Assembly: GCA_963701665.1 (NCBI GenBank)
Contig: OY969622.1
Location: 800,001 to 864,000, forward strand
Length of the DNA: 64,000 nt
Direction of reading: 5' to 3'
DNA from: Candidatus Babeliales bacterium
Lineage (GTDB): Bacteria; Babelota; Babeliae; Babelales; JANWKD01
Below, in pieces: positions 41,601 to 49,749 of this stretch (positions are counted from its first letter, which is position 1; every line of letters starts with the position of its first letter). Made by a program: the position numbers and the translations under genes. The notes below the pieces were generated by a model. That model ran no database searches and was not told the DNA's origin. It saw only the letters and a program-made list of their open reading frames with translations.

Positions 41601-43346
41601 ATCAATTCTGAATTCCAACAAACATGGTCCATCTTAGCCGCAGGCTTTAATGGCACATTTAGTACTGTTGCCAATCTTATCACTTTTACCACTGAATTCT
41701 TTCCCACATGGACTATTTTAGCTGCTGGATTTAACGGCACCTTCTCTGCCCTCAATGCCTGTTGCACTAACATCAATTCTGAATTTCAACAAACATGGTC
41801 TATCTTAGCCGCAGGCTTTAATGGCACGTTTAGTATTGTTTCTAATCTTAACACTACTATTGCCGCCGACCTTGCTTTCACAGCAACGATTATTAATGCC
41901 GGATTTAATGGAACCTTCTCTGCTCTCAATGCATGTTGTAATAATATAACGTCTGAATTTCAACAAACATGGACGATTTTAAACGTCTTAATTGAAAATC
42001 TTTCTAATCCAACCATGATTACGCAAGCAAATTTTGGAGTAGGAGGACAATCATCATATGCTATCTCCTCGCCGGGAGTATATCGATTGGGTGCTAATAT
42101 CACGTTCAACCCTACCGGGCCAGGATTTAATGCAATTTTTATCACAACTTCTAGTGTTATTCTCGACTTACAGGATTTCACGCTTACACAAGGCAATTCC
42201 CAAAGTAACACGTTTGGTGTTGCTGTTATTGCCGGTTCAAACTATGTCTATATTAAAAATGGTGCCATCTCAAACTTCAGTTCCTCAGCCATAGATTTCC
42301 AAGGCAACAATCAGTTCATAGGAGTTGACAACACAACCACTATATCGTGCGGAGGTTGTGGTATCGAAATCGATCCTTTTGGAAACCCTACCCTAGATTT
42401 TAGTATTCAAAATTGCAATATATATAATTGCGCAAGCGGTAGCACCCTCCCCTACGGCATGCGATTATGGAACTGTCAAAACGGTTCTGTGAAGAATTGC
42501 ACTATCTCCGGATGCGGTAATAGTGCAAATAATGTCACGGCACTCGATGTAATTGATTTTCTCTACAACGACGTATCTAATATCAACATTTATGAAAATT
42601 TTGGTTCTAGTGTAAATGGCATAGAATTTGATTATAGCTCTTCTTATAATAGGTTCACTAATTGTACTGTTATAAATAATCAAGCGGTATCATCAACGGG
42701 ACAATCTACGGGAATTAATATTTTTGGAGGCGCTTATAATATTTTTGATAACTGTACTGTTAACAACAATGGTGCGCCCACAAATGGAACCGTATATGGC
42801 ATTCTCACGCAAAATAATGGAGGGATACCAGGTAATGCTGCTTCTTATAACACCTTTCGTAATTGTTCTGCTTCATTTAACAATGCTGGAACAACAGCCG
42901 GCATTTATATAAGTGGCGGTTCTAACAACAACATAGTTAATTGTCAAACAATTGCAAATCTTGCAACAAATGGTCAGTGTGTAGGATGTTATCTTCTCAC
43001 CGGTTCCAATATAGTTGACACTTGTGTTACCTCGAGCAATGTAAGTACGACAGGTGCATGTTATGGCGTTTACGTTGGCAGTAATTCTTGTGTCATCAAG
43101 GATACTCTTTCTGCAAATAACAGTGGAACAGGTGCTACTGGTGGCGTAGGTTTTTTCAATGGGGGAACCTCAGTTTTGTTTTATAGAAACGTGGCTTATG
43201 ACAACTCAACAACTTCATCACAATGGATCTATACAGGAGGATTTGGAGGTTCTTTAACACCACCAACACCAGCAGTCACATCTCCTGTATCACAAAATTT
43301 AAATAGTGCTACATCGTGGTGGACCAATCTGAATGTTGCCAGTTAA
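38601..43346 (+). CDS. Giant secreted repeat protein 4 (most divergent N-domain and head)
   Basis: AAGGAG RBS before ATG 38601 (MGYIPLFK); same 72-aa repeats; ends WWTNLNVAS. Confidence 0.88.
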   Translation: MGYIPLFKIYSRAFIFLILCSHYATLPSENENFRATTPCLVENASAILDQEFPITEAFKVFIKNNVEKILLQKEATLSPALQKCYEILCDNPTCLSLPTKHLLGAFPELITAFHTSIKYSPPNVAANNPPEDVESIIIILLRLQVLLNEFNQQQISCCNQILADFQQTWTILAQISGISHVDFSPVFTALDACCSNITSEFQQTWTILSSITTPTLTVDFSPVFTALDACCSNITSEFQQTWTILGHLSTMTAAVDFSSVFTALNACCSNINSEFQQTWTILNADFNGTFSSLAMPTIDFAETWTILNAGFNGTFSALNACCNNINSEFQQTWTILAADFNGTFTALSAISTEPNGTFTVIADLTTTITNDFAATWTIINAGFNGTFSALNACCMNINSEFQQTWTILAADFNGTFSAINAINIDANGTFTAIADLTTTITNDFAATWTIINAGFNGTFSALNACCTTINSEFQQTWTILGAGFNGTFSAIANINAETNGTFTAIADLTTTVTNDFAATWTIFNAGFNGTFSALNACCTTINSEFQQTWSILAADFNGTFSTIANINAETNGTFTALADLTTTVTNDFAATWTIINAGFNGTFSALDACCTNINSEFQQTWTILAAGFDGTFSAIANINAETNGTFTALADLTTTITNDFAATWTIINAGFNGTFSALNACCTTINSEFQQTWTILAADFNGTFSAINAITIDSNGTLTAIADLTTTITNDFAATWTILNAGFNGTFSALNACCITINSEFQQTWTILAAGFNGTFSAINAINTDVNSTFTAIADLKNTITNDFAATWTILNAGFNGTFSALNACCSNINSEFQQTWSILGAGFNGTFSAINAISTEPNGTFTAIADLKNTITNDFVATWTILNAGFNGTFSALNACCTTINSEFQQTWTILSAGFNDTFSTLSTLTTLTTDFSATWTILAAGFNGTFSALNAITSDGNGTFSAIADLKNTTTNDFAATWTILAAGFNGTFSALNACCTNINSEFQQTWSILAAGFNGTFSTVANLITFTTEFFPTWTILAAGFNGTFSALNACCTNINSEFQQTWSILAAGFNGTFSIVSNLNTTIAADLAFTATIINAGFNGTFSALNACCNNITSEFQQTWTILNVLIENLSNPTMITQANFGVGGQSSYAISSPGVYRLGANITFNPTGPGFNAIFITTSSVILDLQDFTLTQGNSQSNTFGVAVIAGSNYVYIKNGAISNFSSSAIDFQGNNQFIGVDNTTTISCGGCGIEIDPFGNPTLDFSIQNCNIYNCASGSTLPYGMRLWNCQNGSVKNCTISGCGNSANNVTALDVIDFLYNDVSNINIYENFGSSVNGIEFDYSSSYNRFTNCTVINNQAVSSTGQSTGINIFGGAYNIFDNCTVNNNGAPTNGTVYGILTQNNGGIPGNAASYNTFRNCSASFNNAGTTAGIYISGGSNNNIVNCQTIANLATNGQCVGCYLLTGSNIVDTCVTSSNVSTTGACYGVYVGSNSCVIKDTLSANNSGTGATGGVGFFNGGTSVLFYRNVAYDNSTTSSQWIYTGGFGGSLTPPTPAVTSPVSQNLNSATSWWTNLNVAS

Positions 43347-43375
43347 AAATTAACTAAAAAGGATTATATTTTATT

Positions 43376-43585
43376 ATTGGATTCTTCTTCGTTAAAACTT
43401 CGAAGAACAGGTTCCCACGACCCTTCGAAGCTCTTTGAGCGGAGTAGGGTCGGAATAACGAATATGCGCCACTATGTCATTACGAGTACGAACAAAGTGA
43501 TACGTGGTAATCCAAACTTTATTCTTCCTTAACAAGCCATGTAAAGGTGGGCGTGGCAATCCAGATTATAAAAATTAATTCCTAT
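43376..43585. repeat. Cluster of palindromic REP-like fragments
   Basis: CTTCGTTAAAACTTCG..AGAACA.GTT and CCCTTCGAAGCTC...GAGTAGGGTC shared with 50240-50310; GTGGCAATCCAGATTATAAAAATTAATTCC shared with 24210-24240. Confidence 0.7.
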
Positions 43586-43630
43586 TTTTTTTCACAATTT
43601 TAATGCCACTATCGTACCATAACGATCTAA

Positions 43631-44119
43631 TTAAAGTTCCCCGGTGTCATCCGCTGGGGAATGTTTTCTTTGCACAGCATTTTGATCGTTACCGCAAAAA
43701 ACTGTCACCACTCTATATTTTTTTTTATCAGGAATTCTATTTGGCTCATATCTTGATGTTATTAATTTTTTTAATTCATCATTATCTTCCATACGCTCAA
43801 CAGCTTCGAGATGCCGACCTTCAACAACCGCACCATTGTTAAGCAATATTTCTGCACAGTTACAAGATTTGCACCTTATACATGTATCTAAAAAATCCCC
43901 TTTATCTAAATCATCGGGGAAATGTTTTCGCTCAAACATTTGTTGCAATAGCTCATGCTTATCAGTTCCACATAACTCCTCAAGAGAATCCGGATTAGAA
44001 AGTTTAAAGAATGGAAGATCACCTGCACCCTTGTATCGTGCACCCTCTCGCATTGCATTAATGAGAAAGTTAGCCTGTAACAACATAAATATAAAAAATA
44101 AATTACATAATTTCATCAT
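43631..44119 (-). CDS. Secreted hypothetical protein with a degenerate ankyrin-like segment
   Basis: MMKLCNLFFIFMLLQANFLINA|MRE signal; CAEILLNNGA ankyrin-like helix. Confidence 0.55.
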   Translation of the reverse strand: MMKLCNLFFIFMLLQANFLINAMREGARYKGAGDLPFFKLSNPDSLEELCGTDKHELLQQMFERKHFPDDLDKGDFLDTCIRCKSCNCAEILLNNGAVVEGRHLEAVERMEDNDELKKLITSRYEPNRIPDKKKYRVVTVFCGNDQNAVQRKHSPADDTGEL

Positions 44120-44279
44120 GGAACCCCTTATAAAAAACATTATTTTTTAACAGTATAATTATATACTTTAAAACATATCTTTAAAGACTATTTTTTTTCA
44201 CAATTTTTCATTATACTCACGCTTTGTACAAAGCAGATCACTACTACAATAAGCATATGAAAAATTAGATAGGGACCAC

Positions 44280-46046
44280 ATGATCAAACACCATTCTTTC
44301 ACACGACATGCACTCGCTGCACTTTGTTTATTCGCGCTCAACGCGCGCGCCGTACACATTTCATTTTCTTCAAAAGTTGTTGATCCTAAAACGCTCGACA
44401 TCTCAATACGCGCGCAGTTAGCACCTGAAGAATGGTTGTACAAAGATTTAATGTCATTTTCCGTTGATTCTCCCGATGTAGAATTAACGCAATGGCATGC
44501 ATCGCCATCTGCAAAAGCGGTGTATGATCCTGCGTTCAAGACAACGAAAAAAATATTCGAGGGTTTAGTGACGTTTTCTATGCAAGCACGCGCCAAACAA
44601 GAAACCTCGCCTGAGCAAACACGCGTTCATATTACTTTTTACCGCAATAAGCAGCAAAATCCCGAAGAAGTTACCTTTCCACTTTCATTTACACAACCCT
44701 CGCAGAGCCAAAAAGATATCGCACAAGAACCTCAAAAACTCGATACAGCTGCATCAAAACCAAAACAAGATCAACCGTTGCAAACACAAAATTATATAAC
44801 GCCATCGTTATCAGCGACTATTTCATCGATCGTAAAGCAAACTGAATCAACACCAATTCGTTTATTGCTCGTTTTCTTATTAGGAATTTTACTCAGCCTC
44901 ACGCCATGCATTTATCCAATGGTGCCAATCACCGCGGGCATTTTACAAGCACAAGGCAGCAAATCTTTGATCTATAATTTTTTGCTTTCATGTTCATATG
45001 CATTTGGTATGGCAACAACGTTTGCAATCTTTGGCTTACTTGCCGGATGCACTGGCCCATTATGCGGACGATTGCTCATGGAACCATTATTTATCGCCGG
45101 GCTCGTTGCTATTTTAGCCTACTTAGCACTCTCCATGTTCGGTTTTTATGAAATATATGTTCCCTCGTTTTTCAAACCCTCAACGAATGTTAAAAGCAGT
45201 TCCCTCGCTTCCACGTTTCTTTTTGGCGCAGCGAGCGGCACTATTGCTTCGCCGTGCGTTTCACCAGGACTTGCGCTGCTTTTAAGCATCGTAGCAACTC
45301 TAGGAAGCAGAATTTTAGGATTTATGTTGCTATTCACGTTCGGCCTTGGCTTGAGCATGCCACTTTTAATTATTGGTACTTTTTCTAGTTCCATTAATTT
45401 GTTACCACGAGCGGGTTCATGGATGATTGAAATTAAAAAAATGTTTGGCTTTATGATGCTTGGCATGTGCCTTTATTATATAAGTTATGTTGTCCCAGCC
45501 AATTTCATGATTTGGATCATCGTACTTTTCATATTCATTTGTGGCCTCTATTATCTTTATAACGGTGAAACTTACCGCTCTTCATTAGCAAAAAATAGTA
45601 ATCGCATTGTGGGCACAACATTAATCCTTGGAGCTTTTGTATTATCATTTTATGGCGTACGCAATTATTACCTACCTCATGAGGTTGTTGATAAAAATTG
45701 GCACACTGATTATCAAACTGCTCGTGATGAAGCAATCAAATCTCACAAAAAACTCTTTATCGATTTCTGGGCTACCTTCTGCCCTGTTTGCTTAGCAATC
45801 AATAAAACAGTATTAACAAAAGCAAACATCGCTCATGAACTTGCTGGTTTTGCAATGCTAAAAGTTGATGGCACACATGCGCATCATCAGCCGTATGCAA
45901 GATTACAACAAAAATTCACCATTACCGGATTTCCGACATTCCTTATTGTTGATCCTACTAATGAACAGATTGTTGCCAAATTCGGCGGTGAGATATATGA
46001 CATGTCTGAAGAAGCACTGATTGCCTTGCTACAACAATATAAATAA
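44280..46046 (+). CDS. dsbD: Thiol:disulfide interchange protein DsbD-like
   Basis: TM domain with LTPCIYPM and ASPCVSP, LPRAGSWM; thioredoxin domain DFWATFCPVC, ITGFPT. Confidence 0.9.
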   Translation: MIKHHSFTRHALAALCLFALNARAVHISFSSKVVDPKTLDISIRAQLAPEEWLYKDLMSFSVDSPDVELTQWHASPSAKAVYDPAFKTTKKIFEGLVTFSMQARAKQETSPEQTRVHITFYRNKQQNPEEVTFPLSFTQPSQSQKDIAQEPQKLDTAASKPKQDQPLQTQNYITPSLSATISSIVKQTESTPIRLLLVFLLGILLSLTPCIYPMVPITAGILQAQGSKSLIYNFLLSCSYAFGMATTFAIFGLLAGCTGPLCGRLLMEPLFIAGLVAILAYLALSMFGFYEIYVPSFFKPSTNVKSSSLASTFLFGAASGTIASPCVSPGLALLLSIVATLGSRILGFMLLFTFGLGLSMPLLIIGTFSSSINLLPRAGSWMIEIKKMFGFMMLGMCLYYISYVVPANFMIWIIVLFIFICGLYYLYNGETYRSSLAKNSNRIVGTTLILGAFVLSFYGVRNYYLPHEVVDKNWHTDYQTARDEAIKSHKKLFIDFWATFCPVCLAINKTVLTKANIAHELAGFAMLKVDGTHAHHQPYARLQQKFTITGFPTFLIVDPTNEQIVAKFGGEIYDMSEEALIALLQQYK

Positions 46047-46110
46047 ACAAAATAGGATGGCGTAAATCCAATGAGTGACTATACAGCATTAGATACATAT
46101 TGAAAACAAA

Positions 46111-46216
46111 ATGTCATTGCGAGCGTAAGCGCGGCAACCCAGCTTATAAAATTATTCCTTTAAGGAATTAATTAAAGTTCTGGATCCCCACGTCGCTACG
46201 CTCCTCGGGAAGACAT
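46111..46216. repeat. Complete ~105-bp TGTCAT...GACA palindromic element
   Basis: ATGTCATTGCGAGCGTAAGCGCGGCAACCCAG, TTCCTTTAAGGAA core, CTGGATCCCCACGTCGCTACGCTCCTCGGGAAGACAT. Confidence 0.8.
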
Positions 46217-46431
46217 TCTTGTTTTTATTACGTAAGTTTCATCGAATTTGCATTACATAAACAGATAGTTCTCTACAAAAAAATGCGTTATTTTTAGCCA
46301 TTTATGAATAACTATTCAATCTGTAATTCTATTGATTCAGAGAGGCTTTTTATGCTATTATTATAAAAACAGGGAGCCTGCCAAAAACAGTAATTTCCAG
46401 AAGCAAAATAGTATAAAAAAAAGGTTATAAA

Positions 46432-46842
46432 ATGAAGTTAAAAAATATATTATGTATTACCATTATTTTCGCCACATTGCAGCTACAAGCAGCCAGTAAT
46501 CAGTCATCCTACGACTTGTCTACATTGACTCGTTATTTGACGACAAATAACAATTCCTCACAAGAACAAACAAATACACAACAAAACAGTTTCGCTAATC
46601 AAAGTACACTCGCTACATTGAATACATTGTTAAATTCAACCCCAGATTCATTCAAAAGTACGGTTTTAGATAAAATACCAACCTCATGGAAAATATATCT
46701 CGTTAAGTTAATCGAATTTATAAAAACGTATTTGAATGATGAAAATAAACAAAATTTACAGAAAATTCAAAATATATTGCAGCAAAATATAGCCGCCACC
46801 CAGCAACAACACACTCCAGCTTTTGGCCAAACTGAACAATAA
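46432..46842 (+). CDS. Small secreted hypothetical protein
   Basis: Signal peptide; LATLNTLL...VLDKIP..WK.YL motif shared with the next genes. Confidence 0.7.
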   Translation: MKLKNILCITIIFATLQLQAASNQSSYDLSTLTRYLTTNNNSSQEQTNTQQNSFANQSTLATLNTLLNSTPDSFKSTVLDKIPTSWKIYLVKLIEFIKTYLNDENKQNLQKIQNILQQNIAATQQQHTPAFGQTEQ

Positions 46843-46856
46843 TTGGGAGTTAAAAA

Positions 46857-47372
46857 ATGAAGAATTTAAAATTAATTATCGCTATTGCAGCAATTGCAAT
46901 AGCGATAATCACCAACATATCCGCTATGGAACAACGGCCATCAGGGATGATGGAAGATTGGACAGGGATGATGGAAGATTGGATGGCAGAATACTCTGCC
47001 ACACTAGATCCGGAAGGATACGCAAGGGAACAGGCATCAAAACAGACGGAAGAACAAGGAGAAGAACAAGAAAAGGAAAAGAGACTACGAGAATTACAAC
47101 AGCTAGAACAAAGACGTGAAATGGAAAAAATGAAAATGAAGCCTGCTACAAAAATTTTCGGTATTTCTGTCTTAAACCAATTAATGGAACAAAAATCCGA
47201 TGAAGCACGAAATGCAACATTAAACACATTACCAACCGAAATAAAAGAATCTTTAATTTCGGTAATTGATGATCGAAGACAACTTTTAGATAGAAATCAA
47301 CCTGATCAAGCAGCTTTAGTAGAAGATTTAAATATGTTGCAAAAGCAAATTCAACAAAATTTAAGTCAATAA
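46857..47372 (+). CDS. Small secreted hypothetical protein
   Basis: MKNLKLIIAI...ISA|MEQ signal; internal 21-bp duplication (GMMEDW twice); ISVLNQLM...LNTLPTEIKESLI motif. Confidence 0.72.
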   Translation: MKNLKLIIAIAAIAIAIITNISAMEQRPSGMMEDWTGMMEDWMAEYSATLDPEGYAREQASKQTEEQGEEQEKEKRLRELQQLEQRREMEKMKMKPATKIFGISVLNQLMEQKSDEARNATLNTLPTEIKESLISVIDDRRQLLDRNQPDQAALVEDLNMLQKQIQQNLSQ

Positions 47373-47391
47373 TTACGATGAAAGAAAAAAA

Positions 47392-47775
47392 ATGAAGAAT
47401 TTAAAATTAATTATTCTCGTAATTACGATAGCATCCCCGATTACAAATGCGTTAGCAATGATTGAACCAAAAAAAACAGAAGACGTTTCTTATGGTTTTT
47501 ATGCTCCACGAGAACGTAGAATACGACTGGGAGAACATAAAATACAACTGCAGCAAAAACAAAAATTAAAAGAACAAAAGCAACGAAATACGGAAGCTGC
47601 GAAGCCCCTTTTAGCCGTAAGCAAAGAATTAAAACCAAAGATGATGGAAGAAAGTTACGATTCCAACTGGGATATTCCCGAGGAAGATGTAGGAATCAAG
47701 TCAGATTGGGCAAAATATAATATGGAATATCACCTGAGGAAAACATCTGCAAAAGCACGAGAACAAAAATATTAA
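47392..47775 (+). CDS. Small secreted hypothetical protein, probably a truncated paralog
   Basis: Same MKNLKLII start; an in-frame remnant AALVEDLNMLQKQIQQNLSQ lies beyond two stops (to 47903). Confidence 0.6.
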   Translation: MKNLKLIILVITIASPITNALAMIEPKKTEDVSYGFYAPRERRIRLGEHKIQLQQKQKLKEQKQRNTEAAKPLLAVSKELKPKMMEESYDSNWDIPEEDVGIKSDWAKYNMEYHLRKTSAKAREQKY

Positions 47776-47928
47776 GAAAAAGGCAACTAGTATCACTACT
47801 ATGCTATTAAATCAGTGTTATTGCTACAAGATTCCGATAAGGCAGCTTTAGTAGAAGATTTAAATATGTTGCAAAAACAAATTCAACAAAACTTGAGTCA
47901 ATAATTAAATTTATAAAGGAAAAATATT

Positions 47929-48321
47929 ATGAAAATAACAAAAATTTTATTCATTTTAATGTTAACGTTATGCGCACTATCTTCCAACGCAATACCAATA
48001 CCTAATCCGGAAGAGGAAGATATAGACTATGAATTAGAAAAGCGAAAAGCCTTAGAAAAAACAAGAATGAAATCGCTTACAGAAATCACTGCACTATCTA
48101 CATTGAAAAAATTACTAGCCGAACCTTCACGTGAAGAAAGAGAACAGGTTCTGAATAAACTACCAATTGAAATGCAAGAATATCTTATTCCAACCATTGA
48201 TAATCGTATAAGCCTCTTAGACACATCTATAGTAGATGAAGCGGAACAAGCAAAGAAATTGCAAGAATTAAAAGAAGAATTAACAGAAGAAATATTTATC
48301 AAGCAATTATTCGTAGAATAA
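47929..48321 (+). CDS. Small secreted hypothetical protein
   Basis: Signal peptide; LSTLKKLL...VLNKLPIEMQEYLIPTIDNRISLLD is homologous to the 46857 ORF. Confidence 0.72.
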   Translation: MKITKILFILMLTLCALSSNAIPIPNPEEEDIDYELEKRKALEKTRMKSLTEITALSTLKKLLAEPSREEREQVLNKLPIEMQEYLIPTIDNRISLLDTSIVDEAEQAKKLQELKEELTEEIFIKQLFVE

Positions 48322-48333
48322 ACTAATCAAACC

Positions 48334-48371
48334 TTAAAAAAGAGAGAGTAAAGTTACTCTCTCTTTTTTAA
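48334..48371. terminator. Bidirectional terminator (original hpf terminator)
   Basis: TTAAAAAAGAGAGAGTAA-AG-TTACTCTCTCTTTTTTAA perfect hairpin. Confidence 0.75.
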
Positions 48372-48491
48372 TCCCGTCTTTTGCTCATCAACGCGACGTT
48401 GTTTTTCTTTATGCAAACTCTCATACATAACATCAGCGACTTCATTGACAAGCTTATACATATCTGGACCCTCTTTATGAACATGAAGATC
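48341..48491 (-). repeat. Displaced duplicate of the hpf 3' end (att-like direct repeat of 49736-49887)
   Basis: Encodes DLHVHKEGPDMYKLVNEVADVMYESLHKEKQRRVDEQKTGLKKRE*, nearly identical to the hpf C-terminus. Confidence 0.9.
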
Positions 48492-48587
48492 AAGCTGATT
48501 TGACATAACATTTATGAAGATTAAGATTTTAATAAAGAAGATACTTTTGCCTGCTTGCCAGCAGCTTCAAAAAGATGAAAGATATCT

Positions 48588-49712
48588 ATGAAAAAAAAGA
48601 ATACCGTTCAAAAAAAAACTATGGAGCCTAAAAACTATGCTCAGTTTTTAGAACACATAAAAAAAGATATTCACCAAACACAACTTAAAGCTGCTTTATC
48701 CGTTACACAAAATCTAACATTGCTCTATTGGCGAATTGGAAAAGATCTTTCAGAGAAAATTAATATTGAAGGCTGGGGCGCAAAAGTTGTAGAAAAGTTA
48801 GCACATGATTTAGAAATAGCATTTCCCGGAATAACCGGATTTTCAAGAACAAATATATACAGAATGATCTCATTTTATACAGCTTATCCAATTTGTCCCA
48901 CAGCTGTGGGACAAATAGAAGATAATCCCCTTTTAATGCTGCCATGGGGCCATAACGCCGTTATCCTAGAAAAAATTCAGGATAATAAACAACGGCTTTG
49001 GTATGCCAAAAAAACCATTGAAAATGGCTGGAGCAGAAGTGTGCTTTCTATGTGGATCGAATCCGATTTATATAGCCGACAAGGCAAATCGATAACCAAT
49101 TTTAAAATCACTTTGCCTGAACCTAATTCTGATTTAGCGCAACAAACGCTAAAAGATCCTTATAATTTTGACTTTCTCACCATTGATGAAAAAGCACGAG
49201 AACGAGAAATTGAATTGGGCCTCATGGAACATATCCAAAAGTTTTTGTTAGAACTTGGACAAGGATTTGCTTTTATAGGAAGGCAATATCCTCTAAAAGT
49301 AGGCGCCAAAGAATTTTTTATTGACATGCTTTTTTATCATGTACAACTACGATGTTTTATTGTTGTTGAACTGAAAGCAGAAGAATTTGATGCCAGAGAT
49401 TTAGGCCAAATTAATTTATATTTAGCTGCAGTTGATAAGCTATTAAGGCATCAAGGAGATTTGCCCACCATAGGGCTATTACTTTGCAAATCAAAAGATA
49501 ATTTTGTAGCCGAATATGCGTTAAGCACAAGCAAACAACCCATTGGCATATCAAGTTATACAACCAAACTAGTTGAAACATTGCCAAAAGAATTTAAAGG
49601 CAAGTTACCTACCATAAAAGAAATTGAAGCAGAGCTAAGCAAGAGTGAAGTTTCAGAAAAAAAACAAGCACCAGAAAAAACAAAGAAACCTCGCAAAAAG
49701 AAAGCAAGCTAA
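48588..49712 (+). CDS. YhcG/DUF1016 PD-(D/E)XK nuclease family protein
   Basis: LYWRIG, GFSRTNIYRM, LPWGHN, NGWSRSVL, KDPYNFDFL, FLLELGQGFAFIGRQ, IDMLFYH..LRCFIVVELK, GQINLY, IGLLLC. Confidence 0.93.
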   Translation: MKKKNTVQKKTMEPKNYAQFLEHIKKDIHQTQLKAALSVTQNLTLLYWRIGKDLSEKINIEGWGAKVVEKLAHDLEIAFPGITGFSRTNIYRMISFYTAYPICPTAVGQIEDNPLLMLPWGHNAVILEKIQDNKQRLWYAKKTIENGWSRSVLSMWIESDLYSRQGKSITNFKITLPEPNSDLAQQTLKDPYNFDFLTIDEKAREREIELGLMEHIQKFLLELGQGFAFIGRQYPLKVGAKEFFIDMLFYHVQLRCFIVVELKAEEFDARDLGQINLYLAAVDKLLRHQGDLPTIGLLLCKSKDNFVAEYALSTSKQPIGISSYTTKLVETLPKEFKGKLPTIKEIEAELSKSEVSEKKQAPEKTKKPRKKKAS

Positions 49713-49749
49713 CTCGTCTTGTCAAAGAATTTGTTAGAGAGAGTAAAGT

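Noticed and set aside
24900..41990. Regular repeats as a possible CRISPR array or DGR
   Set aside because: The repeats are in-frame coding units with synonymous variation and no unique spacers; no cas or reverse transcriptase gene and no adenine-specific TR/VR pair was seen
25066..42211. Dozens of periodic minus-strand ORFs (MQQALSAEKVPLNPAL...)
   Set aside because: Antisense shadows of the 216-bp coding repeat, with no RBS or independent coding signal
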